From Eledone cirrhosa (Eukaryota), in contig OZ024753.1 in the NCBI GenBank assembly GCA_964016885.1, forward strand, positions 11,594,001-11,658,000: a DNA stretch of 64,000 bases, read 5' to 3'. A program made the translations under genes and the position numbers. Positions 1 through 13,930 of the stretch are shown piece after piece; within the stretch, counting starts at the first letter, position 1; each line of letters starts with the position of its first letter. A model generated the notes under the pieces. The model saw only the letters and a list, made by a program, of their open reading frames with translations. It was not told where the DNA came from and searched no databases.

Positions 1-48
1 TAATATATATATATATATTATATATATAATATATATATAATATATATA

Positions 49-86
<38 letters not shown>

Positions 87-247
87 TATATATATTATAT
101 ATATTATATATATATATATTATATATATTATATATATATATATAATATATTATATATATATATATATAAATATAATATATATATATATATTATATATATA
201 TATATATTATATATATATATTATATATATATTATATATATATATATA

Positions 248-288
<41 letters not shown>

Positions 289-296
289 ATATATTA

Positions 297-352
<56 letters not shown>

Positions 353-450
353 ATATATATTATATATATATATATATAATATATTATATATATATATATA
401 TAATATATTATATATATATATATATAATATATTATATATATATATATATA

Positions 451-540
<90 letters not shown>

Positions 541-805
541 ATATATAAAATATATATATATATATTATATATATTATATATATATATTATATATATATAT
601 ATATTATATATATATATATATTTTATATATATATATATATATTATATATATTATATATATATATATATTATATATATATATATATATTTTATATATATAT
701 ATATATTTTATATATATATATATATATATTATATATATTATATATATTATATATATATATATATATATACTTATGTGTATATATATATATATATATACTT
801 ATGTG

Positions 806-839
<34 letters not shown>

Positions 840-875
840 ATATATTATATATATATATTATATATATATATATAT

Positions 876-907
<32 letters not shown>

Positions 908-1080
908 ATATTATATATATATTATATATATATATATTATATATATATATATTATATATATATATATTATATATATATATATTATATATATATATTATAT
1001 ATATATATATTATATATATATATATTATATATATATATATTATATATATATATATATATAATATATATATATTATATATA

Positions 1081-1123
<43 letters not shown>

Positions 1124-1135
1124 ATATATTATATA

Positions 1136-1203
<68 letters not shown>

Positions 1204-1392
1204 ATATATTATATATATATATATTATATATATAATATATATTATATATATATATATTATATATATATATATATATTATATATATATATTTTATATATAT
1301 ATATATATTATATATATATATTTTATATATATATTATATATATATATATTATATATATATGATATATATATATATTATATATATATATATAT

Positions 1393-1426
<34 letters not shown>

Positions 1427-1438
1427 ATATATATATAC

Positions 1439-1493
<55 letters not shown>

Positions 1494-1516
1494 TATATAT
1501 ATATATATATATATAC

Positions 1517-1562
<46 letters not shown>

Positions 1563-1644
1563 CATATATATATATACATATATATACATACATATATATA
1601 CATCTGTATACATCTGTATATATATATATATATATACATCTGTA

Positions 1645-1676
<32 letters not shown>

Positions 1677-1678
1677 CA

Positions 1679-1777
<99 letters not shown>

Positions 1778-1800
1778 ATACATCTGTATATATATTATAT
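1..1800. repeat. (TA)n-derived microsatellite
   Basis: Directly visible. Confidence 0.97.
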
Positions 1801-2553
1801 AGTTATGTATTAAACAACATAAGGCAATTATTCCATTTACCAGTGGTTTCTTAAAAGGAAAGAATTTTGCTTTCAATCATCAGAATGAAAAAATCCTGGT
1901 GTATTTATATATATTGGATTCTAAAACAGAAATGCAATCTATATGAAAGTGAGGCTGGAGAAGGAAGAAGGAAAGGAAAAATAAAATAAAAACACACATG
2001 CAATCGAACACACACACACAATTATATACATACACACACATATATATACATATATATATATATACATAGAAATATAAATATATATATATATGCATACACA
2101 TACACATACATAGCCATACACACATACATATACATACATACACACACAATCATACGTATATACACACGTACAAACATACACATACATACACACATCTATA
2201 CATGCATACATATACATACACAAAATTAGAAAAATATACACACACCTCTACATATTCACACACGCAAATAAATGTAAGAAAACATATATATAATAATAAA
2301 AAGAAAATAATAAAGTTGAAAGCCATACAGGCAACAAATAAATGAAAAAAAACACACGTTGTCAGCAATACACACAAATGCACGTACACATACATACGTA
2401 AAAATAAATACATACACACTCTCACACATAAATATACATATACATATACAAATACATAAACACATACATACGCATACACAAATACATACACACACACACA
2501 CACACACACATATACATATATACACACATATACATACACACATATATATATAC

Positions 2554-2584
<31 letters not shown>

Positions 2585-2839
2585 TACACACACATACATA
2601 CATAGTCATACAATTATACACATACAAATACGTACATATCACAAATACGCACAACCAAATACAAACACACACATGTATATATATATATGTGTGTGTAAAA
2701 CTCATTCTTAGATAATTCATATGAACCTTATTTAACTCTAAAATATACATATATATACATACACATACATACTTACTAACATACACATATATACCTACAC
2801 ACACATATATACATACACATACGTATGCATATGTACACA

Positions 2840-2881
<42 letters not shown>

Positions 2882-3120
2882 TATATAACTCAATATATAT
2901 ATATATATATATATTTCGTTTCTGAATTTGTTTAGCAAGATTCTTCATCTGAAATCGTGTGTTGAAACCGATATTGTTATACTTTGGGAGGGTCATGTTG
3001 CCAATAAGAAACACACGCACCAGTTGCTTTCACTTCAATTTATTATAATAATTTTATAAATTTAGGAATTTATAAATTTCAGGTTGGTTGGTTCTACAAC
3101 CAGATAGTTGTTTATATATT

Positions 3121-3163
3121 GTCAAAGTTCTTTCTTCACACATTCTGTGACCTCTTCAGTGAC
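3121..3163 (-). ncRNA. Minimal type I hammerhead ribozyme in the PLE pseudo-LTR
   Basis: Minus strand: gtca CTGAAGA ggtcacagaatgtgtgaa GAAA gaac TT tgac. Homolog at 54147-54189. Confidence 0.6.
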
Positions 3164-3364
3164 TGGGGGTTCTTTTCTTTGTTTTTGTGCCTCTCCTTTG
3201 TTCTGTCCTACGCCATTTTGTTTCTGTGTGTGTTTTGTGAGCTCAGTCTGCGCATGCGCCACATTCGGGTGTCTGTGTGTGTTTATATTTGTTTATTTAT
3301 TTGTTTATTTACATGTTACCGGTTGGTTGTTTGTTCTATGTGTGTGTGTGTTTTCATTTTGTCC

Positions 3365-3700
3365 TTAATTGTAAGTTGTGATGTTGCTGTTCCACTCATA
3401 TTTTCTATTTAATTTTGGTTGTAATTCTTTTATGTTTATTGCCTCTGTGATTTGTCTAAACATTGCGTCTTTTCTGTGTGTAGATTCTATTTTCATTTCT
3501 ATGTTCTCTAATTTACCCTTATGTTCTATTTTAGCATGTTGGTAGAGTACAGACGATTCTTTACTATCTTGAAGGTCTCGCCAGTGTTCATTTATCCGGT
3601 CCCCTACACTACGAGCCGTCTCACCTATGTACACTATATTTCTGTCTCTACATTGTCCTTCAGTACATCTTATGCTATATATACACACCACACATCTCAA
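3365..3700 (-). pseudogene. C-terminal GIY-YIG endonuclease of a Penelope-like element (5'-truncated)
   Basis: CIYSIRC..C....[17 protein letters not shown]...LYQH...RQITEAINI..LQPKLNRKYEW matches the PLE GIY-YIG pattern (Y..C..C..YIGET, R..EH, EA..I, P.LN). Confidence 0.88.
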
Positions 3701-3848
3701 CGTACACCCACTTACATCTCTCTCTCCACCACCGGATCTTGTTACCCGGAGATTTACCCATTTGCATTGACGAGGCTTCCAAACGACTTAAAGACATTTA
3801 CCATATATATATATATATACATATATACATATATATATATATATACAG

Positions 3849-3879
<31 letters not shown>

Positions 3880-3910
3880 TATATACACATATATATATAT
3901 ATATACACAC

Positions 3911-3967
<57 letters not shown>

Positions 3968-3998
3968 TATATATATACACATATATATATATACACAC

Positions 3999-4055
<57 letters not shown>

Positions 4056-4068
4056 TATATATATATAT

Positions 4069-4113
<45 letters not shown>

Positions 4114-4146
4114 TATATATATATACACACATATATATATATATAT

Positions 4147-4183
<37 letters not shown>

Positions 4184-4734
4184 CATATATATATATATAT
4201 ATACACATACATATATATATATATATATACACATACATATATATATATATATATACACATACATACATATACTTACACATACATATATATATATACATAC
4301 ATATATATATACATATATATATATATATTTATATATATGAATATACATGCTCTAGTATTATATTAACATTTACATAATCTCAATATAAATTAAAACGTGT
4401 CAAAACTGGATAAATTTGACAGGTACTAACCTCCTCCATACTTAAAATGAATGGACTTTGTCATTAATATTACAGAAAGAAACCAATATTTGCGAAATGA
4501 TCGACAGTCCTTATATCAATTAACCCGAGTTCAATAAATAATGTTGATCGTAAAAATAAATATGTATATATAACTCTGCTACTTTATAATTCCGCGATGT
4601 AATCTTGACGTCTGAGTTGGAATAGAATTCATCTCAAAAACACTGTGTCAAACTCTACGTCGCTAAGTACCGATTTCAATTCCCTATTGATTCGGTTTAG
4701 ATTTTAGAGTATACATGTTAATGATGCTTTTATT

Positions 4735-5600
4735 GATGGTGGTGATGATGGTGATCGTGGTGATGATGGTCGTGGTGATGATGGTGGTGGTGGTGATGGT
4801 AATGGTAATGGTGGTGGTGGTGGTGGTGGTGGCGGTGGCGGTGATGGTGATGGCGGTGATGGTGATGGTGGTGGTGGTAATGATGGTGGTGGTGGTGGTG
4901 GTGGTGATGGTGGTGGTGATGGTAGTGATGGTGGTGATGGTGGTGGTGATGGTGGTGGTGATGGTGATGGTGATGGTCGGGTGATGGTGGTTGTAGTGAT
5001 AGTGATGGTGGTGCTGGTGATAGTGGTGGTGGTGGTGATAGTCGTGGTGGTGGTGATGGTGGTGGTGATGGTGGTGGTGGTGATGGTGGTGGTAGTGATG
5101 GTGGTAGTGATGGTGGTGGTGGTGGTGATGGTGGTGTTGGTGGTGATGCTGGTGATGGTGGTGGTGATGGTGGTGGTGGTGATAGTGGTGGTGATAGTGG
5201 TGGTGATAGTGGTGGTGGTGGTGGTGAGTGTGATGGTGGTGATGGTGATGGTGGTGATGGTGGTGATGGTGGTGATGGTGAAGGTGGTGGTTATAGTGGT
5301 GATGATGGTGGTGGTGATGGTGATTGTGATGGTGATGATGATGGTCGTGATAGTGGTGGTAGTGGTGATGGTGGTGGTCGTAGTGGTGTCGGTGTTGGTA
5401 GTTTGGTGGTGCTGGTAGTGGTGGTAATGATGATGTTGATGTTGGTGAAGATGGTGGTGGTGGTGGTGGTGGTGGTGGTGATGCGGATGATGATGATCGT
5501 GGTGATGATGTTGGTGGTGGTGGTAGTGGTGATGGTGGTGGTTGTAGTGATGACAACAATGATGATGATGACAATGTGAATGTCAATGATGACAATGATA
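4735..5600. repeat. (GGT/GAT)n microsatellite
   Basis: Directly visible. Confidence 0.95.
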
Positions 5601-5794
5601 AAGATGGTGATGAAAATTATGATGACGAATATATTGGAAATATTGACTATGGCGCTGGTAATAACGCTGATGGTGTTTGTGGTGATGATGATGTCTATAT
5701 GATATCAACAAAATGGCCACCCCTCTCCTCGCCAGCACGCCTACTTCAATACAAGCAAATACGTTTATATATATATATATATATATATAATATA

Positions 5795-5890
5795 AGATCA
5801 AAAGATGGTTAAAGGAGTTCAATATATTTTATTATGCGCATTTCAAAAACAAACATCATCAAGCAATAATATTTGTGTTTTCATCAGATA
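5795..5890 (-). mobile_element. Hammerhead-bearing element fragment, same family as 17061-17225
   Basis: Minus strand: CTGATGA aaacacaaat...tttgttttt GAAA tgcgca TA ataaaata, then the same tail ttaaccatcttttgatcttatatta; truncated in stem I. Confidence 0.75.
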
Positions 5891-5988
5891 TCCAGTTCTG
5901 CGTTTACAGATCGACTTTGTTAGTTTCAGAAGATCCCGTTAAGGGTGAAAGCAGCGATTCTTTGCTTAAACTTTAATCTGTTATTTTA

Positions 5989-6031
<43 letters not shown>

Positions 6032-6039
6032 CATACAAT

Positions 6040-6605
6040 ATATTAACAAATGGAAACTATATTTATAAAACCATATTTATTTCATTATACATATTTCAAG
6101 GACACCAAGTTAAATTATGGTGTGCTTTCATGAGATAAAATATAATATAGATCAGTTTTATAAATAAATATTGATATACCCTTAAATAATTGTTTCTACT
6201 TTAGGCACAAGGCCAGCAATTACCCCAGTGTATTACTGGTACTTTATTTTATCGACCCCGTAAGGATGAAAGGCAAAGTTAACCTCGGCGGGATTTGAAC
6301 TAAATAATGCGACCATTTCTGTTGGAAGCTCCCGGATAGCTTCAACCAGAAATGGTTGCATTCTTTAAGAGTATGTCAATATTTATTTATAAAACAGCTC
6401 TATATTATATTTTATCTGATGAAAGCACACCATAATTTAACTTGGTGTCCTTGAACTATGTATAATGAAATAAATATGGTTTAATAAATATAGTTTCCAT
6501 TTGTTAATATATCGTATTTTTACTCCAATAATTTGTTGAGTGCTTTATATCAGTTATAAAAATATTTGCTTGTTGTATCCCAACAATTTAAATAGAAATT
6601 CTACA
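6040..6605. mobile_element. Fold-back hammerhead element (family A) with a SINE fragment inserted in the left arm
   Basis: Arms about 6040-6330 and 6338-6510. Hammerhead 6408-6472 (CTGATGA...GAAC tatgta TA); the mirror copy has CTCATGA...GAAA. The SINE is flanked by the duplication taaataat. Confidence 0.8.
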
Positions 6606-6646
6606 TATATATATATACATAGATATTTTTATATACACTCACACAC

Positions 6647-6702
<56 letters not shown>

Positions 6703-6704
<2 letters not shown>

Positions 6705-6905
6705 GGAAAAAGTATGACCCCGACGGCAGAGCTCAAGCCGTTTCGACGGCTATTTCTGGACTGAAATTGCGTCCAGAAATAGCCGTCGAAACGGCTTGAG
6801 GTCTGCCGTCGGGGTCATAATTTTTCCTATTACCCACTCTACTACCCTAAGTATTGACTACTCTGGTGCGTTATGGTCCATCTGGTTCCTTACCACACCT
6901 TCTTC

Positions 6906-6908
<3 letters not shown>
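6703..6908 (+). mobile_element. Family B hairpin element (about 205 bp)
   Basis: About 58-bp inverted arms plus 80-bp tail; contains GAAA cggc..gccg TC; between (TA)n. Confidence 0.8.
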
Positions 6909-6959
<51 letters not shown>

Positions 6960-7304
6960 GTATGACAAACATTTTACACTTTGTAATCTGAAATTTCTAA
7001 CAAACTGTTACATTTATCCATCTGAAAACTGGTGGTGACGTTTATCTCGTTGCCAATGGCAACAGTTCACACCTAGATTTTGAAATATTAATAATAATAA
7101 TCCCCGCCCCTTGTGTGGATGTGTGTGTCGGTGGGTGTGTGTATGTATGTATGTAGAGCACTATCTATGTAAGAATGATATCCCTCTGAATATAATCTAC
7201 AGCTTATCATTCTTACAATGCTGTGTGTTAACTGGCTTACCAATGTATTCAATGAATTTATTTGCCCTAGGAGTCAGGAAGACACTCGGCTTATATCAGA
7301 AATA

Positions 7305-9631
7305 ATTCTTTCTACTTTTGGCACAAGGCCAGGAATAATACTGAAGGAAAAGGAAAAACAATAAAAATAATAATAATATGTCTACCTTTGCACAAGGCTA
7401 GCAATTACCGCAGTGCATTACTGGTACTTTATTTTATCGATCGCTTCAGGATGAAAGGCAAAGTTAACCTCGGTGGAATTTGAACTCAGATCGTAAAGAC
7501 GCGTAACTATGCTGCAAAACATAGTGTCTGACGCTCTACCGATACTGTCAAACCACTGCCATAATAATCGTTCCTACGTTAGGCACAAGGCCAGCAATTA
7601 CCCAGTACATTACTGGTACTTTATTTTATCGACCCCCGTAAGGGTGAAAGGCAAAGTTAACCTCGGCGGGATTTGAACTCAGAATGGTAAGGGCCGTAAC
7701 TCTATACGTCAAAGCATGGCGTCCGACCCTCTACCAATACTGCCAATGCACCGCCCTTAATAATAATAATAGTATCATCTATTGGCCACAAGGGCCCACA
7801 TCTAGAGGCAATACAAAGATACAGACAGTAGGGGGTTTACAATAAGCTCGAGCAAAAGTGCACAGAAGCAAAACCAATTTAACAATGAAAATATAAAATA
7901 AACTATGTATAAACATAACAAATAATTGTTTCTACTTTTTGGCACAAGGCCAGCAATTACCCAGCGCATTACTGGTACTTTATTTTATCGACCCCGTAAG
8001 GATGAAAGGCAAAATTAACCTCGGCGGGATTTGAACTCAGAATGGCAAGGGCCGTAACTATGCGTCAAAGCATGGCGTCCGACCCTCTACCTATACTGCC
8101 AAATAATGGTTTCTTATATAGGCACAATGCCATCAATTTGGAGAAGAGCAAAGTCGATCAAATCGACCCCAGTGCGTAACAGGTACTTTGTTTTATCGAC
8201 CCGATAAGGATGAAAGGCAAACCTGACCTTGGCAGGATTTGAACTCAGAACGTAAAGGGCAATAATTATGCTACAAAGCATGTCAATCCAATAATTTCTT
8301 ATATAGGCACGAGGCTAGTAATTTGGGGGGGATGGGGAAATCGATTAAATCGACCCCAGTACATTACTGGTGCTTTATTTTATCGACCCCGTAAGGATGA
8401 AAGGCAAAGATAACCTCGGCGGGATTTGAACTCAGATGTAAAGGGGCGTCACTCTATGCTGCAAAGCATGACGCCCGACCCTCCACCGATACTGCCAATC
8501 CACCGCCTAAAATAATAACTGTTTCTACTATTGGCACAAGGCCAGAAATTACCCAGTACATTACTGGTACTTTATTTTATCGACCCCCGTAAGGATGAAA
8601 GGCAAAGTTAACCTCGGCAGGATTTGAACTCAGATCATAAAGGGACGTAACTATGCTTCAAAGCATGGTGTCCGATAGAGGGCCGTAACTCTATACTGCA
8701 AAGCATAGCGTCCGACCCTCTACCGATACTGCCAATCCACCAATGTTCCACATACAAAGAGGCATAAGAAGACAGACTAGAAACAAACATCACTCAAAAT
8801 GTGATACTACTAACACAAAAATGGTAAAAAAGATCATGAACAACAACAAAATGGAATTACAATCATACTATAAAAGAAATGAGAAAGCAAAAAAGTTCAG
8901 ACATAATTATCATTAAGATTCCCTTCCATCAGGATCAATAAAATATTGGAAAGCATTCTAATTACAAGAATGGGATATTCAAATCTAACTATACATGATG
9001 TACGGCACGGAGGTAAAAACTGAGTATTCTAACAGAAACATGTACAAATTTATAGAAGACATACCAGGGTTTAGATACCTACACAGTTTCAAGTAGTAAA
9101 GCCAAAATAACAATTGTTTCTACTTCAGGCACAAGACCAGCAATTACCCAGTGCATTACTAGTACTTTATTTTATCGACCCCGTAAAGATGAAAGGCAAA
9201 GTTAACCTCAGCGGGATTTGAACTCAGACTGTAAAGGGGCGTAACTCTATGCTGCAAAGCATGGCGTCCAATCCCCTACCGATACTGCCAATCCACCGCC
9301 TAAAATAATAACTATTTCTACTATTGGCACAAGGCCAGAAATTATGCAGTACATTACTGGTACTTTATTTTATCGACCCTGTAAGGATGAAAGGTAGGAT
9401 TTGACCGCTTAAAATAATAACGATTTCTAGTATTGCCACAAGGCCATTAATTGGGGGGGGGGGTCGATTAAATCAACCCCAGAACGTTACTGGTGCTTTA
9501 TTTTATCGACCCCATAACGATGAAAGGCAATGTTAACCTCGGCGGGATTTGAACTCAGACCGCAAACGGCCGTAACTCTATGCTACAAAGCATGGCATCC
9601 GACCCTCTACTGCTACTGCCAATTCACCGCC
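7305..9631 (-). mobile_element. Cluster of about 10 co-oriented tRNA-derived SINE copies
   Basis: Copies at about 7381-7560, 7566-7757, 7922-8100, 8105-8283, 8292-8508, 8515-8742, 9110-9300, 9305-9410 and 9420-9631. Minus strand has A box tggcagtatcgg, B box gagttcaaatccc and core gcctttcatccttacggggtcgataaaataaagtaccag. Confidence 0.9.
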
Positions 9632-11563
9632 CGAAATATTATTAAATTGAAAAAAGATCTGCTATGAAAACTGCGCATCCTGCACAAGGAATTCAAACAG
9701 AGAAGCTTGACACCTATCTATATTTAAAATCTTTTTTAATGGACTCCTTATTGTCAAAGTGCATGTCTGAAACTGGTGTTTTCTTCTAGTTTCTCCTTAT
9801 CAAAAATAGAAAAAAAAAAAAATTTTGCTACGAAAGATCTGTGCTTTGATTTACAAAATATTTGTTAATTTTTCTTTTTTATTTTTCTTTACTTTTGAGT
9901 GTTTTTTGTGAACCTTGCAAATACTTTCGTTAATTGCCAATATTTAGTATTTAATATCAATCAACATAAAAGCTATTAAAATTGAACAAATACTTCAAGC
10001 CTTTCTTTGAAACAGCTTGAAAGTATTGGCACCGGGGGAAAAAAATCATTGAATTTCTCCTGTAAAAAAAAACAAGAATATTCCTGAAATCAAAGTGTTC
10101 TGTAGCACGTCTTATCAGAGAGAGAAAAAAAAAATCAATAACGACAACAACAACAACAAGAAAAAAATTAATAAACGTGTTGGATATTCTGAAATTCTAA
10201 TATTAGATCGCGCCTTAGTGAGGTTACCTCACATGAAAAATATTATACGATAATAGGAAATCTGTTCAAATATAACTGAGAAAATTTGCCTATGAAGATA
10301 ATAAAAATATTTACCAATAGAAAAGTATTTACCTAGTTGATAATTGTCAAACTAAGAGGAAGATATATAAATAACTATAACCATTTCCGGAGAGATTACG
10401 TTGGTAAACGTAATCGAACTGATAATAACAGAAGCAAAATTTACAGTAGGATAAAACGGAAAATACTAATACGTAAAGCAACATCTTTTCTTATAGAGTC
10501 TAAGAACTGAATATTTCATGGCAGCCATGACATTGTATTTTTATTCCTGCACTGTTTATATAGTTATTTATTTATTTACCTATTTATATATTTATTTATT
10601 ACATTTTTCTTACCAATTTTCGATAAATGACGTTTATTATTTCGAAAGTTTCACTGTAACTACGGAAGAAACACACGTATATTTCAATCGATATATTATT
10701 TTGTTCTTTTTATCTATCTCTATGGCTATGAGTAGAGTAAATCATCATTTTAAGTCATTCATTCATCTTTCTTATCTCTTGTTGATTTCGATATTTTTTC
10801 CTTTGTATTTCATTACTACCTTTATATTTCATTCTCCAAGTTTCTTTCTAATTTCTTTAACATATCGTCTTTACATAATGTCATCTTCTACACTTATTCC
10901 ACATCTTCTAAATTCACATTTCCACCTGATCGTTCTTCCATAACTTTTCCTTCCTCATCTTTTTTTCTTTCTTCACCATATCTTAGCATATTTCCATGGC
11001 TTGTGTAAGTAAATTTTCTATGCATTATTCTTGCGTTATTTCTAAAAAAATATTTCTTCATGTCCCACCTAGGCCCATTTATTTCTTAATCCTATTCTCA
11101 CTTAAAGTATATTTATGTATCCAATTTTCACCCCTTATCTTATCTCAGTGCTAATCTCCCTTACCGTTCTTTCCCCTGATACCAATCTTCTCGGGTTTCT
11201 GAACTTTGGATAAGATGAAGTTCTTGTACTGTTGATTTCTGTATTTCTCACCTTACACAAAATACGATAGAGACTGTTGTTCATGGCACCTGGTGAAGGG
11301 TATTAGCTTTATATATCGACGTTGGTTAATATGTGTATCAAATTCCTCGTTCGTAAATGTTAAAAATGGATAGAAACGTGACTGTAAAGTAAAATATATA
11401 TATATAATACTCTGATTGCATAATCTACTAACACAATTTCCTTTAAACTACGCTGCCGCGTAACATGTATAAAATATGATATATACATGTTTTAACGACT
11501 AATATTGTATGATAACATTTATTGTTGAAAATACAGCAATGAGACAAACAGCATGATCACATG

Positions 11564-11849
11564 CAAGGGCCTTGTTTCAGGGGGGGGGGGGGTACCAGGG
11601 GACAAGTTCCCAACACTTTTTCAAACGTCTATGCTTTATTTTTTGTTTATTTGATATCATAAATTCTTTTTAAGCTTATCTTTTTTTATATCTGAACTTC
11701 ATTTGGATATATAAAATTTAATTAGCGTAAAATTTTTCTCATGTGATAGGGTCCAGGAAAAGCACCATAAGCAATACTGACATGCTCCGTTAAGAATCAA
11801 CAAATGTTGGTTTGTCCCCCTCATATGTTGAAGGCAAACGAGGTTCCTG
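11564..11849. mobile_element. hAT-like MITE
   Basis: 8-bp TSD atcacatg (11556-11563 and 11850-11857); imperfect TIRs caagggccttgttt / aaacgaggttcctg. Confidence 0.7.
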
Positions 11850-11863
11850 ATCACATGCAATAA

Positions 11864-12049
11864 CTGTTTCTATTTTAGGCACAAGGCCAGCAATTACATC
11901 AGTTCATTACTGGTACTTTATTTTATCGACCCCGTAAGGATGAAAGGCAAAGTCAACCTCGGCGGGATTTGAACTCAGATCGTAAAGTGACGTAACTATG
12001 CTGGAAAGCATGGCGTCCGACCCTCTACCGATACTGCCAATCCACCGCC
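11864..12049 (-). mobile_element. tRNA-derived SINE, full length
   Basis: A and B boxes; TSD catgcaataac. Confidence 0.9.
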
Positions 12050-12974
12050 CATGCAATAACAATCGCTAGTCTATGAACACGAGGAATTTTGCTGCAATCG
12101 CAACCTACATACATAGAATAAATATCCGAGTGGTCAAGTTGGAGCATCTTTGAACTTATATCTGATTGTTCAGTGTTGACATGAGATTAAACAAAATTGT
12201 ACAAACAACAATAAACTGAATGCCAAATACCACGATTATTCTCCGGTGGATAGCTTTTAAATGTCAAGGTTTTATTATTGTTTAGTACTAAGCTGGAATT
12301 GGTTGGGAACACCCAAGCTGAATCTTTTTAAGGTACGACAGTAAACCAAAGAACCAAATTAGCCAGTGTGATTTCACTACTAATTTTAACAGAGCGAGTG
12401 TCTATGTCGAGAGGTTTCACCATCCGCTCGTGTGGGCTAGCGTTCAGTCACCTATATCCGCGTTTTAAATCTGCTGAGGCAAAGCTGAAAACTAAACAAT
12501 TGGCTCACTTTACTAACGACAATCCAGCATGACATTCACAAGGCCATGTTGACCTTATTTTTTTTCTTCTCCACCTGTCACATTTTTTTTTTATTTTATA
12601 TTTATTGATGTGGGTTAGTTTTTCCACAGTTCCTCCCCCTCCTATTCTCCTAAGATTCACTGGGGTGAGAGGCGTAGCAACTAAGACTACTACTGTAAAG
12701 GGCTGCTGCTGTTATTGCAGTCAGTTGTGAATGAAAAAAGGAGGACAGGATGAAAAATGAATAGAGATTGAGAGAAATGGGGTTGGGGGAGGGGGGGGGG
12801 ATTAAACAGACAGACAGACAGACATAAAGTGAGGAGAAGAGAATAATGATTAAGAACAGGGTGACAAAATGAAGGAGTTTATAAAGATATTTGTAAGCGA
12901 CAGGTGAGAAGCATTGGCTAAAGACGCGTGAGACTTAAGTTTGAAAGTGTGTAAACAGAAAGAGAAAACATATT

Positions 12975-13890
12975 AGAGAGAGAGGGGGGAAAAGAGAAGG
13001 ATAAAGAAAGAGAGTGGAAGAGAGTCAGAAAGAGAGAGGAAGAGAGAGAGGAAGAGAGAGAGGAAAAGAGAGGAAGAGAGAGAGGAAGAGAGAGAGAGAG
13101 GGAAAGAGAGAGTAAGAGAAAGAGAGAAATAGAGAGAGGAAGAAGGAGAGAGAGGAATAGGGAGAGAGAGAGGAAGGGGAGAGAGAGAGAGAGGAAGGGG
13201 GAGAGAGAGAAAGAGAGGGAAGGAGAGAGAGAGTAAGAGAGGGCGAGAGAGAGAAAAAGAGGGAAGGAGAGAGAGAGAGAGAAAGAGAGGAAGGGAGAGA
13301 ATCAGAGGAAGAGAGAGAAAGAGCAAGAGAAGACGAGGGAGGAAGAGGAAGGGAGAGGAAGAGGAAGAGGAAGAGAGAGGAAGAGGAAGAGAGAGGAAGA
13401 GGAAGAGGAAGGGAGAGGAAGAGGAAGAGAGAGGAAGAGGAAGAGGAAGTGGAAGAGAGAGGAAGAGGAAGAGAGAGGAAGAGGAAGAGGAAGTGGAAGA
13501 GAGAGGAAGAGATAGGAAGAGGAAGAGAGAGAAAGAGGAAGAGAGAGGAAGAGGAAGAGAGAGGAAGTGGAAGTGGAAGAGAGAGGAAGAGATAGGAAGA
13601 GGAAGAGAGAGAAAGAGGAAGAGAGAGGAAGAGGAAGAGAGAGGAAGGAGAGGAAGAGAGAGGGAGAGAAAGGGAGAGGAAGGGAGAAAAAGGGAGAGAA
13701 AGAGAAAGAGAGAAAGATAAAGAGAATGAAAAGGAGAGAGAGAAAAGGAGAGAGAAAAGGAGAGAGAAAAGGAGAGAGAAAGGGAGAGAGAAAAAGAGAG
13801 AGAGGAAGAGAGAGAGAAAGGAGAGAGAGGAAGAAAGAGAGAGAGAGAGGAAGAGAGAGAGAGAGGAAGAGAACAAGAGAGAGAGGAAGG
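12975..13890. repeat. GA-rich polypurine tract
   Basis: Directly visible. Confidence 0.95.
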
Positions 13891-13930
13891 GCGAATTTAC
13901 ACAGAATAGTAAAAAGTAGAAGGCAGTTTC

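Larger units (their letters stand above)
2913..3802 (-). mobile_element. Penelope-like element 3' fragment (endonuclease + pseudo-LTR) inside (TA)n
   Basis: GIY-YIG ORF followed by a 3' region containing a hammerhead. The tail gaccctcccaaagtataaca recurs at 15341-15490, 37982-38090, 47292-47470 and 54145-54303. Both ends are (TA)n. Confidence 0.8.

Noticed and set aside
2915-2955. Second hammerhead at the PLE tail (cagatga...gaaacg, minus)
   Set aside because: Core altered in all copies and no stem III/UH.
4684-5595. 303-aa poly-His/Pro/Thr ORF
   Set aside because: Translation of a (GGT/GAT)n repeat, open in several frames.
7305-9631. SINE heads as tRNA genes
   Set aside because: A and B boxes are present but there is no intact cloverleaf; each is fused to a SINE core and tail.
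9662-9795. Possible host exon on the minus strand
   Set aside because: Short open frame after a weak acceptor, no recognisable protein and no partner exons.
10518-11230. 141-aa hydrophobic ORF / possible decayed LINE on the minus strand
   Set aside because: Compositionally biased; no motif convincing enough to call.
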